From: Chloroflexota bacterium
Lineage (GTDB): Bacteria > Chloroflexota > Limnocylindria > QHBO01
Direction: 5' to 3'
DNA: 64,000 nt
NCBI GenBank assembly: GCA_039932375.1
Contig: JBDTQD010000001.1
Location: forward strand, 15,844 to 79,843
Below are positions 34,279 through 44,100 of this stretch, piece by piece; position 1 is the stretch's first letter, and each line of letters starts with the position of its first letter. The notes beneath the pieces were generated by a model. The model searched no databases, was not told the DNA's origin, and saw only the letters and a list, made by a program, of their open reading frames with translations. The position numbers and the translations under genes were made by a program.

Positions 34279-36942
34279 ATGCCGCTCGAGACGTATCGGT
34301 CCAAGCGGGACTTCACGCGCACTCCCGAGCCTGAGCCGGGGCCGGTGGAGGAGGGGAGTGGCCGCTTCGTGGTGCAGCGCCATCGGGCCAGCCGCCTGCA
34401 CTACGACCTGCGGCTGGAGATCGGCGGCGTGCTCATCAGCTGGGCAGTGCCGCGCGGCCCGACCCTCGACCCGGGCGAGCGCCGGATGGCGATGCGCACC
34501 GAGGACCACCCGATCGAGTACCTCGACTTCGAGGGGACGATCCCGAAGGGCGAGTACGGCGCGGGGGACATGATCGTGTGGGACTGGGGCACCTTCACCC
34601 CGGAGGAGAACGATGATCCGGCCGCCGCCCTGCGCGCCGGCGAGCTGAAGTTCCGCCTGGACGGTCAGCGGCTGCGGGGCCGCTACACGATCGTCCAGAC
34701 CGGCGGGAAGCGCGATGCCTTCGGGCGCATGTCGGAGCCAGCGCAATGGCTGCTGATCCACAAGCGCGACGACGAGGCGGTCGACGGCTGGGATCCAGAG
34801 GAGCAGGCCACCAGCGTCAAGACCGGTCGCACCAACGACGAGGTGGCCGCGGGCGACGAGCCGCGATTCGTGACCGCCCCGCCGAGCTTGGAGCCAGAGC
34901 CGGACCTCTCCGCCGCCCGCCCCGCTGCGTTGCCCGACTTCATTCCACCGATGCTGGCCATCCTGACCGAGGGCGCCTTCGACGACCCCGACTGGCTGTT
35001 CGAGATCAAGCTGGACGGCTACCGGGTCGAGTCAGTCGTGCGCGACGGGCACGTGCGCCTCTGGACGCGCAACCGGATCGACGCCGCGACCTATTTCCCG
35101 GACCTGGCAGGCGCCCCGGATTGGATCGCGGCGCGCGAGGCGGTCGTCGACGGGGAGGTGGTGGCGCTCGATCCGGACGGCCGCCCCGACTTTTCGTTGC
35201 TGCAGGACCGCACCGGCCTGCGGGGCCTCGAGGCGGCCACCGGTCGCCGCTCCCGGGACGCAGCGCCCCTCTCTGCCGACGAGCGCCGCGCCATCCCGCT
35301 CGCCTACATGGTCTTTGACCTGCTCCACCTTGACGGCAGCTCGCTCCTGGACGTGCCGCTCGAGGAGCGCAAGCGGCTGCTGCATCGGATCATCCGGCCG
35401 CACCCAACCGTGCGCTATGCCTCCCACGTGGTGGGCGACGGCGAAGCGTTCGTGCGGGCAGCCGCGGAAAAGGGCCTGGAGGGGGTCGTCGCCAAGCGAC
35501 GGACCAGCCGCTACGAGCCGGGCAAGCGTTCGCACGACTGGCTGAAGATCAAGCTGCGTCGCGAGCAGGAGCTGGTGGTCGCCGGTTGGCTGCCTGGCAA
35601 GGGGAGCCACAAGGACCTCGGCTCGCTGATCGTCGCCGTGAACTCCGACGGTCGACTGCGCCACGCCGGCCAGGTCGGCAGCGGCATCTCCGCAGCGATG
35701 CGCCGCCAGCTTCTCGAGGCGCTTGAGCCAATCCGACGTGACGCATCGCCGCTCGATCCGGTGCCGCGCCTGACGGAGGCGCAATGGACCGAGCCACGCA
35801 TCGTGATCCGCGCCGAGTTTGCAGAATGGACGTCGGATGGACTCTTGCGCCAGGCAGCATTCAAGGGGATCGAGGTCAGCAAGGATCCTGCTGACGTGGT
35901 TCGCGAGGAGGCGATGCCCATGGCGCGGATCGTGAGCCGCGCACGCGCGACCAAGCCTGCCAAGCCGACGAAGCGATCCGATCCACCGAAGGACGAGGTG
36001 CAAGCAGCGACGGCTGCCGAGCTGGCCGCCCTCGATGCCATGGGCCGCGAGGGGCTATGGCAGGTGGCCGGACACGAGCTGCGCCTGACGAACCTGGAGA
36101 AGGACCTCTTTCCGGCCGACGGCGAGCATCCGCCGCTCACGAAGCGCGACCTGATCCGCCACTACGTTTCGATCGGGCCGATCCTGGTGCCGTATCTCGC
36201 CGGCAGAGGCCTGAACCTGCAGCGCTTCCCCGATGGCATCGGCCACAAGGGCTTCTGGCAGAAGGACCTGCCGGGCCACGCGCCGAGCTGGATTGCCCGC
36301 TGGACATACACCGGAAGCGAGGGAGCGAAGGACTACGTGGTGGTCGACCGCGTCGCGACACTCGCCTGGCTGGCGCAAGAGGCAGCGATCGAGCTGCATC
36401 CGTGGACCTCCCGCACCGATGCTCCCGATCGCCCGACCTACGCGCTGATCGACATCGATCCGGGGACCGATACGACATTCGAGGAGATCCTCGTTCTGGC
36501 GCGGCTGTTTCGAACGGCGCTCGAGCACCTGGGGGTGATCGGGCTGCCGAAGGTAAGCGGCAAGCGCGGCGTCCAGATCTGGGTGCCGGTCAAGCCGAAA
36601 TACGCTTTCGATGCGACCCGCGACTGGGTCGAATCGCTCTCGCGCGCCGTGGGGCAGATGGTGCCCGAGCTGGTCAGCTGGGAGTGGTCCAAGCGCGATC
36701 GGGAAGGGAAGGCGCGGCTCGACTTCACCCAGAACGCGATCAACCGGACGCTGGTCGCCCCATATTCGGCGCGACCCTCGCCGGGGGCGCCGGTCTCAGT
36801 CCCGATTCGTTGGGAGGAGCTCGACGATCCGGAGCTCGGGCCCGATCGATGGACGATCCAAACGCTGCCCGCGCGGCTGTCCGAGGTTGGCGAGCTGTTC
36901 GCGCCGGCGCTCACGCTGGCCCAGGAGCTGCCGCCGCTGTGA
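34279..36942 (+). CDS. ligD: multidomain ATP-dependent DNA ligase LigD (3'-phosphoesterase, ligase, polymerase/primase, in that order)
   Basis: N-terminus GRFVVQRHRASRLHYDLRLE (phosphoesterase domain). FEIKLDGYR (ligase motif I, KxDG). C-terminal polymerase domain (...VIGLPKVSGKRGVQIWVPV...). 887 aa. Confidence 0.9.
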   Translation: MPLETYRSKRDFTRTPEPEPGPVEEGSGRFVVQRHRASRLHYDLRLEIGGVLISWAVPRGPTLDPGERRMAMRTEDHPIEYLDFEGTIPKGEYGAGDMIVWDWGTFTPEENDDPAAALRAGELKFRLDGQRLRGRYTIVQTGGKRDAFGRMSEPAQWLLIHKRDDEAVDGWDPEEQATSVKTGRTNDEVAAGDEPRFVTAPPSLEPEPDLSAARPAALPDFIPPMLAILTEGAFDDPDWLFEIKLDGYRVESVVRDGHVRLWTRNRIDAATYFPDLAGAPDWIAAREAVVDGEVVALDPDGRPDFSLLQDRTGLRGLEAATGRRSRDAAPLSADERRAIPLAYMVFDLLHLDGSSLLDVPLEERKRLLHRIIRPHPTVRYASHVVGDGEAFVRAAAEKGLEGVVAKRRTSRYEPGKRSHDWLKIKLRREQELVVAGWLPGKGSHKDLGSLIVAVNSDGRLRHAGQVGSGISAAMRRQLLEALEPIRRDASPLDPVPRLTEAQWTEPRIVIRAEFAEWTSDGLLRQAAFKGIEVSKDPADVVREEAMPMARIVSRARATKPAKPTKRSDPPKDEVQAATAAELAALDAMGREGLWQVAGHELRLTNLEKDLFPADGEHPPLTKRDLIRHYVSIGPILVPYLAGRGLNLQRFPDGIGHKGFWQKDLPGHAPSWIARWTYTGSEGAKDYVVVDRVATLAWLAQEAAIELHPWTSRTDAPDRPTYALIDIDPGTDTTFEEILVLARLFRTALEHLGVIGLPKVSGKRGVQIWVPVKPKYAFDATRDWVESLSRAVGQMVPELVSWEWSKRDREGKARLDFTQNAINRTLVAPYSARPSPGAPVSVPIRWEELDDPELGPDRWTIQTLPARLSEVGELFAPALTLAQELPPL

Positions 36943-37255
36943 GGCGCACACACAATGGAGCCGCGGGCCGGTCACCGCTCCTGGGAGTCTCAGGATTGGG
37001 TGCCGCCCGCGGCTGATTAAGAACGTTGGAAGCGGGGGAGTGGCCTAGCTGGGCCAGCCGCCGCCGGTGTGTGCGTTGCACATATGCGTCTCCCTCGTTC
37101 AGCCGCCCCGCATGGGACGTGACTGCAGGGAGAAGGTCGTACGGGGAGGTCGCCCCTTCAATGGCCCATCAGTACCGGCACACTTGGAGCCGCCCAGTAC
37201 TTCCGTGGCATGGGTCGGTCAAATGGGGCTTGCCTAGATGGTTATACTCCCGTCA

Positions 37256-38554
37256 ATGCCGCGCACCCGCTTGGCCGCCAAGAGCGCCGAACATGACAGG
37301 GCGCTCGCCCATCAGATTGGCGCACGCCTCCGAGAGGCGCGCAAGCGGAGCGGTCTCACCCAGCAGCAGCTTGCCGGCGACCGATATACCAAGGCCTACG
37401 TGAGCGCCCTCGAGACGGGGATCGCGCGACCCTCGATGGTCGCCCTCAGCTACCTCGCCGAGCGCCTGTCGCTGCCGCCGAGCCACTTCCTTGATGAGCA
37501 GAACCCGACCTGGAGCCGGCTGGCGGTCGACATGACCCTTGCCGCCGGCGACTGGCAGGCCGCGGCCGACGGGTATGCCTCGCTGCTCGACGCCCCGCTC
37601 GACGAGCAGACACGCGCGGAGGTGCTCCGCGGCCAGGCCGAGGCAATGGCGCGCCTGGACAATGGCAAGGACGCGGTCACCGCTGCGGCGGAGGCGGCGC
37701 GCATCTTCGGAGCGCTCGGGCGCATCTCGGACGAAGCGCTGGCGCGTTACTGGCTGGCCTACGGCCTCTACCTCTCCGACCAGGAGGCCGATGCGCAGAG
37801 CCTCCTCTCCTCGCTCCTGGAGCGCGTCCGGGCCGGCTTGAAGGTCGATCCCGACTTCGAGATGCGCCTGCTGATGGCGCTCGCCGCGGTCGCCTCGCGG
37901 AGCGGCGACTACGCGCGTTCGCTCACCTTCCTGGAGACCGCCCGCGGCCTGGCCGACGATCTCGACGATCGGCGGCGGGCGATGTTCCTCTTCAACCTGG
38001 CGATCAGCTACCAGGAGACCGGCGACCTGGAGGCCGCCATTCGGACGGGGACGCAGGGCCTCGCGCTGCTCCGCTCGGCTGGGGCTGTATTCGAATCGGC
38101 CCAGATCGAGAACACGCTGGCGATGGCGTATCTGGCGACCGGCGACACCGAGCGCGCCGCCGAGCTGGCCGACGAGGCGCGTGCCGCATTCGAAGAGGTC
38201 GGTGACGACCGATTCCTGTGCGCCGTGCTCGACACCGATGCACAGGTTGCCCTGGCCCAGGGTCGTGTGCAGGACGCCGCGACCATTGCGCGACGGGCCG
38301 TCGACATGGCGCGCGCCACCGGCAACCGCGGCGTGGAGCTGACCGCCATGTTGACCGAGGCGCGTGCCCTGCGGGCACAGGACGACACGGGCAGCGCCGA
38401 GGCGCGCTACGCCGATGCCGCTGACCTGGCTCGCAGAGGCCACTCGGCGGGGCGCATGCGCGAGGTGCTGCGCGAGTGGGCGGAGCTGCGCGCCACGCTG
38501 GATGATCATCAGGGCGCCTACGAGCTGACCAGGGAGGCACTGGCAGTCAAGTAA
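37256..38554 (+). CDS. XRE-family HTH regulator with C-terminal TPR repeats
   Basis: LREARKRSGLTQQQLAGDRYTKAYVSALETG (helix-turn-helix), followed by about 8 TPR-like repeats. Confidence 0.75.
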   Translation: MPRTRLAAKSAEHDRALAHQIGARLREARKRSGLTQQQLAGDRYTKAYVSALETGIARPSMVALSYLAERLSLPPSHFLDEQNPTWSRLAVDMTLAAGDWQAAADGYASLLDAPLDEQTRAEVLRGQAEAMARLDNGKDAVTAAAEAARIFGALGRISDEALARYWLAYGLYLSDQEADAQSLLSSLLERVRAGLKVDPDFEMRLLMALAAVASRSGDYARSLTFLETARGLADDLDDRRRAMFLFNLAISYQETGDLEAAIRTGTQGLALLRSAGAVFESAQIENTLAMAYLATGDTERAAELADEARAAFEEVGDDRFLCAVLDTDAQVALAQGRVQDAATIARRAVDMARATGNRGVELTAMLTEARALRAQDDTGSAEARYADAADLARRGHSAGRMREVLREWAELRATLDDHQGAYELTREALAVK

Positions 38555-38662
38555 GTGTTGACATGTGCGGTCCGGTGCAGTTAGGCTGGGTCGCAGAGAG
38601 TTGGTCTGGGCACCCGCTCAGGCGCAAAGCCGGACGGGACCAACTCGGACGCCGGGGGAATA

Positions 38663-38693
38663 GGGATCGGAGATCGGGCACAGCTCCGATCCC
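38663..38693. terminator. perfect 10-bp stem / 11-nt loop hairpin between convergent genes
   Basis: gggatcggag-atcgggcacag-ctccgatccc. There is no T-tract, as is common in high-GC genomes. Confidence 0.3.
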
Positions 38694-38707
38694 CATGCCC
38701 GGCCACC

Positions 38708-39298
38708 TCAGGACGCCACCGGTGTTTCGACAAGCGTGAAGCGTCCCATCGCGAACGGAGCAGTCGTGCCCGACAGGTACATGCGCATCGCATAGTCGCC
38801 GGCGCCCCACGCCTTCAGGAGATCAGTGGCCTGCACCTGGTAGGCAATCAGCGGCGAGGTGGCCACGATCCCCTGCCGCGACGGCCGTTGGGCGACCGTC
38901 TCGGCCTCGCCCTCCAGCCGGATGATCTCGACCAGGATGCTGTCGCCTCCAGGCGGGGCCGCCAGCCGCACCGAGTAGGCAAACCGGTCGCCGGCGCGGA
39001 ACCGATCGGTCAGCTGGATCGCCTCGCCGGTCACCGTATCGAGTGCGGTTCCGAAGCGGATCGACAGGGGAGCGGCGCTCGGCAACGGGGTCGGCGTGGC
39101 GATGACCACCTCTGATCCGGCGCGACCCACCAGGAACGCCACCACCGCGACGCCTGCCGCCGCGGCGGCCCAGCCGATCCATCGCGCTGGTGGTCGTGAT
39201 CGTCGGCGCCGCTCACCGGCCAGCGGCATCGCCTGCCTCGGGCGCCCGGTGCGCCACCCCCGACGTGAGCTGCGCAAGCGGTCCATGTCGCGCTTCAC
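38708..39298 (-). CDS. hypothetical membrane-anchored protein
   Basis: Arg-rich N-terminus, TM helix WIGWAAAAAGVAVVAFLVG, then an extracytoplasmic domain. Confidence 0.5.
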   Translation of the reverse strand: MKRDMDRLRSSRRGWRTGRPRQAMPLAGERRRRSRPPARWIGWAAAAAGVAVVAFLVGRAGSEVVIATPTPLPSAAPLSIRFGTALDTVTGEAIQLTDRFRAGDRFAYSVRLAAPPGGDSILVEIIRLEGEAETVAQRPSRQGIVATSPLIAYQVQATDLLKAWGAGDYAMRMYLSGTTAPFAMGRFTLVETPVAS

Positions 39299-39330
39299 TC
39301 TACCGACGCGATTCCAGATACGATGGCGCC

Positions 39331-39864
39331 ATGTCGCGCCGCGTCTTCGATTTCGATACTCCTGACCGATTCGTGGCGGGCGCCCTCGGCGATCCGGGAG
39401 CGAGGAGCTTCTACCTGCAGGCTCGCCAGGGCGGTGCCGTGGTCAGCGTCGGCCTGGAGAAGACGCAGATGGCTGCACTCGCCGGCCGCCTCTCCGAGCT
39501 GCTCGACGCGGTGGAGGGGCTGGCCGAGGAGCTGCCGATCCAGGTCACGCGCGACGACCGCCCGCTCGACGAGCCGACCGTCGAGCTGTTCCGGGTGGGG
39601 GCGATGGCCCTGGCGTGGGATGCGACCACAGCGCGGGTGGTGATCGAAGCGCAGCCGCTCACCGATGACGGAGGATTTGCCGAGGTTTCCGACCAGGCGC
39701 TCGAGGGGCCCGATCTCCTGCGCGTGCGCCTTGAGGCGGCCCATGCCCGTGACTTCATCCGCCGCGCTGCCTCGCTCGTGGCGGCCGGGCGTCCTGCCTG
39801 CCCATTCTGCGGACAGCCGCTCGAGCCGACCGGCCACTTCTGCCCCAAGACGAATCTCAACTGA
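39331..39864 (+). CDS. DUF3090 family protein
   Basis: MSRRVFDFDTPDRFVAGALGDPGARSFYLQARQG...CPFCGQPLEPTGHFCPKTN. C-terminal CxxC...C zinc-ribbon typical of DUF3090. Start is at 39331, not 39190. Confidence 0.75.
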   Translation: MSRRVFDFDTPDRFVAGALGDPGARSFYLQARQGGAVVSVGLEKTQMAALAGRLSELLDAVEGLAEELPIQVTRDDRPLDEPTVELFRVGAMALAWDATTARVVIEAQPLTDDGGFAEVSDQALEGPDLLRVRLEAAHARDFIRRAASLVAAGRPACPFCGQPLEPTGHFCPKTNLN

Positions 39865-40466
39865 TGGGTGGTGCGGCCGGTGAGAACGCCGACCACGCCG
39901 GCTTCGACCCGGCGCTCCGCATCGACTGGCTCGAATCGGCTCAGCTGGGGGATGACCTGCCTGGCCGGCTGGGCCTGACGATCCTGCCTGGCAAGCACGG
40001 CGTCTCGTTTCGCTATCCCGGCCGCGTCTACGACCGCGACGTCACAGAGGATTTCCGCCATCTGCGGGCGGCCGGCGTGGAGCGACTCGTCCTGCTCGTC
40101 GAGGACGCCGAGCTGCGCAGGTGGGGCGACCCGCAGATCGTCGAGCGCGGGGCTGCCGCGGGGGTGACGGTGCTGCGTCACCCGATGGCGGATGGGCGTC
40201 CCCCCGCCTCGATGGGCGAGATGGAGGCGATCCTGGCTGAGATCCGCGAAGGGCGTCGTATACGAAACGTTGCGGTCGCATGCATGGGCGGCGTGGGGAG
40301 GAGCGGGACGGTGGCAGCCTGCGCCCTGGTCCAGGCCGGCATGAGCCCCGAGGACGCGATCGCGACGGTTCGCGCGGTGCGCCATCCGACTGCGGTCGAG
40401 ACGGCCGAGCAGGAGCGCTTCGTTCGCTCGTTCGCCGCCGCGAATCAGGCGGCAGAGCGCCGGTAG
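39864..40466 (+). CDS. Cys-based protein phosphatase (dual-specificity/CDKN3-like, CX5R)
   Basis: VAVACMGGVGRSGTVAACAL is the P-loop C(X)5R with the typical downstream G. The start overlaps the DUF3090 stop (TGATG). Confidence 0.7.
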   Translation: MGGAAGENADHAGFDPALRIDWLESAQLGDDLPGRLGLTILPGKHGVSFRYPGRVYDRDVTEDFRHLRAAGVERLVLLVEDAELRRWGDPQIVERGAAAGVTVLRHPMADGRPPASMGEMEAILAEIREGRRIRNVAVACMGGVGRSGTVAACALVQAGMSPEDAIATVRAVRHPTAVETAEQERFVRSFAAANQAAERR

Positions 40467-41110
40467 AGGGCTACACGCCAAACCCGGCCATTGCGGGCAT
40501 AAGCTGCCGCGAAGCCCCCCGCGCGCATGAGTTGGTCGATCTGCGCCGTGCGATGCACGTAAAAGCTATGGTGCCGGCCCATGAGCCGGCTAAATGTGTT
40601 GAAGATCGACATGGGCGCCCGCATCCACCAGCCGTCGTTCGGGTGCACGAGCCCGATGATCTGCGCGCCAGGAACCATCGCCGCGTGCAGCATGGCGGAC
40701 AGGTGGGGGTAGCAGCAGATCACCCGGTCGAGCGTCACCACGTCGGCGGGAGGCAGCTCAGCGGCAAGCTCGACCACGTCTCCGAAGCGATGCTCGACTC
40801 GATCGGCCAGTCCACGCCGCTCGGCCTCGGCTCGCGCCGCGGCCAGGAATGCCGCCGACGCGTCGACGTCGACCGCGCTGGCGGCTCCGACCTCGAGCAG
40901 CTCGAGGTGGACCATGCCAACTCCGGCGCCGATATCGAGCAGCCGCTTGCCCTCTACGCCTTCTTCGATCAAGGCGTCGAGGAGCTCCTGTGTCGCGCCA
41001 CGCGGGCCATGGCGGCGCCAGTCCTCGAGATCGTGCTCCGCCTCGCGTTTGTCAAAGAGCCGCTCGAAATCCTGGTCGCAGCAAAAGCGGCGTGATGGGT
41101 CGGTCGGCAC
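40445..41110 (-). CDS. class I SAM-dependent methyltransferase (small-molecule type)
   Basis: LLDIGAGVGMVHLELLE is methyltransferase motif I. No DPPY/NPPY DNA-methyltransferase motif is present. Confidence 0.7.
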   Translation of the reverse strand: MPTDPSRRFCCDQDFERLFDKREAEHDLEDWRRHGPRGATQELLDALIEEGVEGKRLLDIGAGVGMVHLELLEVGAASAVDVDASAAFLAAARAEAERRGLADRVEHRFGDVVELAAELPPADVVTLDRVICCYPHLSAMLHAAMVPGAQIIGLVHPNDGWWMRAPMSIFNTFSRLMGRHHSFYVHRTAQIDQLMRAGGFAAAYARNGRVWRVALYRRSAA

Positions 41111-41131
41111 GAGCGGATCATGCCCGTTCCG

Positions 41132-44100
41132 TCAAGCGCGCGTGGCCTGCTCGGCGGCAACCTCGACGAAGCGGCACAACGCATTGGCCAGGCGCATCTG
41201 GAGCGGCGTGTGGACGCGCACCTTCAGCAGGTTGGGCGAGGCGACCACGATCGCCAGGCAGCGACCCCGCGACGTGGCGACGTTCAGCCGATTCAGGGAG
41301 TAGAGGAACTCGATCGAGCGTGGCATCTCGTCCTGCGACGATGTCGCCATCGAGTAGATCGCGACCGCTCCCTGCTGGCCCTGGATCTTGTCGACAGTAG
41401 CAACCCACGGCGCGCGTGGCGCGACGGGGGCGTTGCTGGCGACGCTCCCCAGGCGCTCGACGAGGAGCTCCACCTGGGCGTTGTACGGGGCGATTACCAG
41501 TAGGTCCTCCGGCGTGATCAGGCAGACCTTCCCTTCGTCATTCGTCCACCTCCCGGCCAGCAGGTTCTGGTAGATGTCGACGACCGCCCCGGCCTCCTCC
41601 TCTGACGAGTTGTGGTTGCTGGCGTGGGGGATCGGCACCCATCGGACTCCCGTGCCGGTTATCGGCCCAGCCGCGTTCAATGACTGTCGCGCGGCGCTCG
41701 GCGCCGATTTCAGCTCACCCTTGTAGAAGGCCGCCGAGGTGAAAGCATTGACGTCAGGATGCAGGCGCCAGGTCTGGGCCAGGAAGAGGCCGCGGGCCGG
41801 ATCGATCACCGGCTCGCCGGCGAGCACGTGCTCGAGCGACGAGGCGTCGGCGCCTTCTGGATGAGCGCCCTTCCTTACCTGTGAGAGCTGCTGCGGGTCG
41901 CCCAGCAGGACGAGATTCTTAGCCGCACCGGAGATAGCAAGCACGTTGGCCAGCGACATCTGCCCTGCCTCGTCCACGAACAGCACGTCGACCGCGCCCG
42001 CCATCTCCGGCCGGGCCCAGAGCCACGCCGTCCCCGCCGCGACCTGCGCCTGGCCCGAGAAGAGTGCAGACGCAACCACGCCGTTGTTGTCCGTCCATTC
42101 GTAGCCGGAGTCCTTGGGCGGCTCCTCATCTTTGTCGACCTTGCGGATGGCGGAGACCCGCTGGCCTGTCCTCGCCGCGTGGGCAATCACCTCGTCGAGC
42201 AAGGTCTCGATGGCCCGATGCGTGAAGGCCACGATGCCGACCCGACGACCAGCGCGGACCAGCTCCAGGATCATCTCGGCCCCAGTGAAGGTCTTGCCCG
42301 ATCCAGGCGGTCCCTGGACCGGGAGCACAGTCTCGTCGAGGAGCATCACGAGGCGCTGCGCCGCGTCGCCGCTGGCCTCGCCCGGCAGCGTGAGTGGCGC
42401 ACCCGGTGCCTGCCCGGCGCGCGGGGGCAGCCGCAGGAGGAACTCGCGCGCCGCTCGCCACGGGCCTGGCACGCGCAGCCCGTTCGCCGCGACCCATTCA
42501 CCAAACCGTTCGAGAGCGGCCTTCTGCTCGTCAGCGGTGATCGGCCCCTTGGGAATGAGCGAGGTCGGGTGGGGCCGTGGATTCCTCAGGCCCCACTGCA
42601 GGTCCAGGGTCCCGTGAAGGGCGTCGAGCGCCATGATCTTTCCCGCCCCATGCGTCGTCGCGGGATCGACCGGATGGTCGCCCACCTTGAGCCGATACGG
42701 CTGTTCGGGGTCGAAGCGATATCGATGCCGTACCGACTGTCTCGGCCGATCGATCTCGACCATCCACTCGAGCTGCCCGATCGCCTCGTCATCCTCGGCC
42801 AGCTGCTCGTCGGACTGGCGGCAGCGCGAATAGAAAGACCACCAGTCGACATTTTCCTCGCGACGGTGCCACTCCAGCAGGTCGGCAAGCACGCGAAGGA
42901 CAGGGGCATCCGGATCCGATGGATCCGAGGCGCGCAGACGATCCGCAAGGTCGCGCCGTCGCCGGTCCTCGACGGTGAGCTCTCGCTCGAGCTCCTCTAC
43001 CTTGGCAACCGGCCGTGGGACCGCCTCACCGGTCTTTGCCGCGAGCTCGTTGCGCCGCTCCTCGAGCCAGGTCCGCAGCTCGGCGTTCGAACGGCAATCG
43101 TCCCGGTTGTAGTCGTGGATCTCATCGAGAATGGATTGGTTGGGCGCCCCCTCGCTGACCGACTGGATGTAGGCCTCGTACGCCACCACCGACGAGCCTG
43201 CGTCCTTGAGCGGCACGTCGCGGACGAGCCGGTACAGCACCTCGAGACTCTTGATCGAGTAGTTCGAAATGCCGATGCGGAGGGCCTGCCGAACGACGGA
43301 GAAAAGGTCGATGAACACCTCGCCGCGAAGGATCCGATCGACCTCCACCTCGCGCGTGGAGTGGCGGGTGGCGAGCATTCCGATGCGGCCACGCTCGTAC
43401 GAGGCGTAGTGGTAAACGTGCATCGTCGGGTCGACGCGCCATCGGTTCATGACGAAGTCGATGAAGCCCTCGAAGGCGACCTTCTCCTCGGCCCGGCTGT
43501 GTCCCCACCAGGTGTGGAAGGTCGGTGTGCCCGCGTCGATCAGTACCATGGGGTCCCAGACGCCGAACAGGTACTCGAGCCCGTCATCCTCGGCGAACGG
43601 GTCACCCTCCATGTCGAAGAAGAGGTCGCCCGCCGCCGGCTCTGGCAGCGCGCCGAGACCACGGTTCTCTTCGACTCCCAGGAACTCGTAGCGGGGCTGA
43701 GCCAATCCCCGGGACTCGTGCTGCAGGCGCGCCTGCTGATGCAGGTTGCCGAGCACCACGTCGCTCAGATTCGGAACGACCGGCAGCATCGGACCGAGGG
43801 TGGCCAGGGCAGTGAAGGTCCCGATCCCGGCATCGGTCAGGCGGCGGGCGGCATCTGAGCGCATGCCGGCCACCAGGCTCAGATGGTCAGCCTCGGTGCG
43901 CAGGTTGGAGCAGTACGCACTCCAGCGACAGACGCCGCAGTGGCCCACCGGCGGCGGCGTGACGGCGAGCGGGTAGATGAGAGGCTCGTCGGCGGCAACC
44001 GCGGTCATGAAGCGAGCCTTGACGCTGCGGAAGTAGGCCAGGTAGTCGTCCAGCCGATGCGAATCGACGCGGTGGCCGCTGCCGCCGAGCGCCACATGCA

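Noticed and set aside
37253-38509. 418-aa minus-strand ORF
   Set aside because: It is antisense to the XRE-TPR regulator, whose HTH and TPR repeats are clear. It is spurious.
40445-41110. Methyltransferase as the modification partner of the nuclease-helicase (restriction-modification-like pair)
   Set aside because: The protein has a small-molecule class-I SAM-methyltransferase motif I (LDIGAGVG) but no DPPY/NPPY or target-recognition region. The co-orientation is noted, but a restriction-modification reading is not supported.
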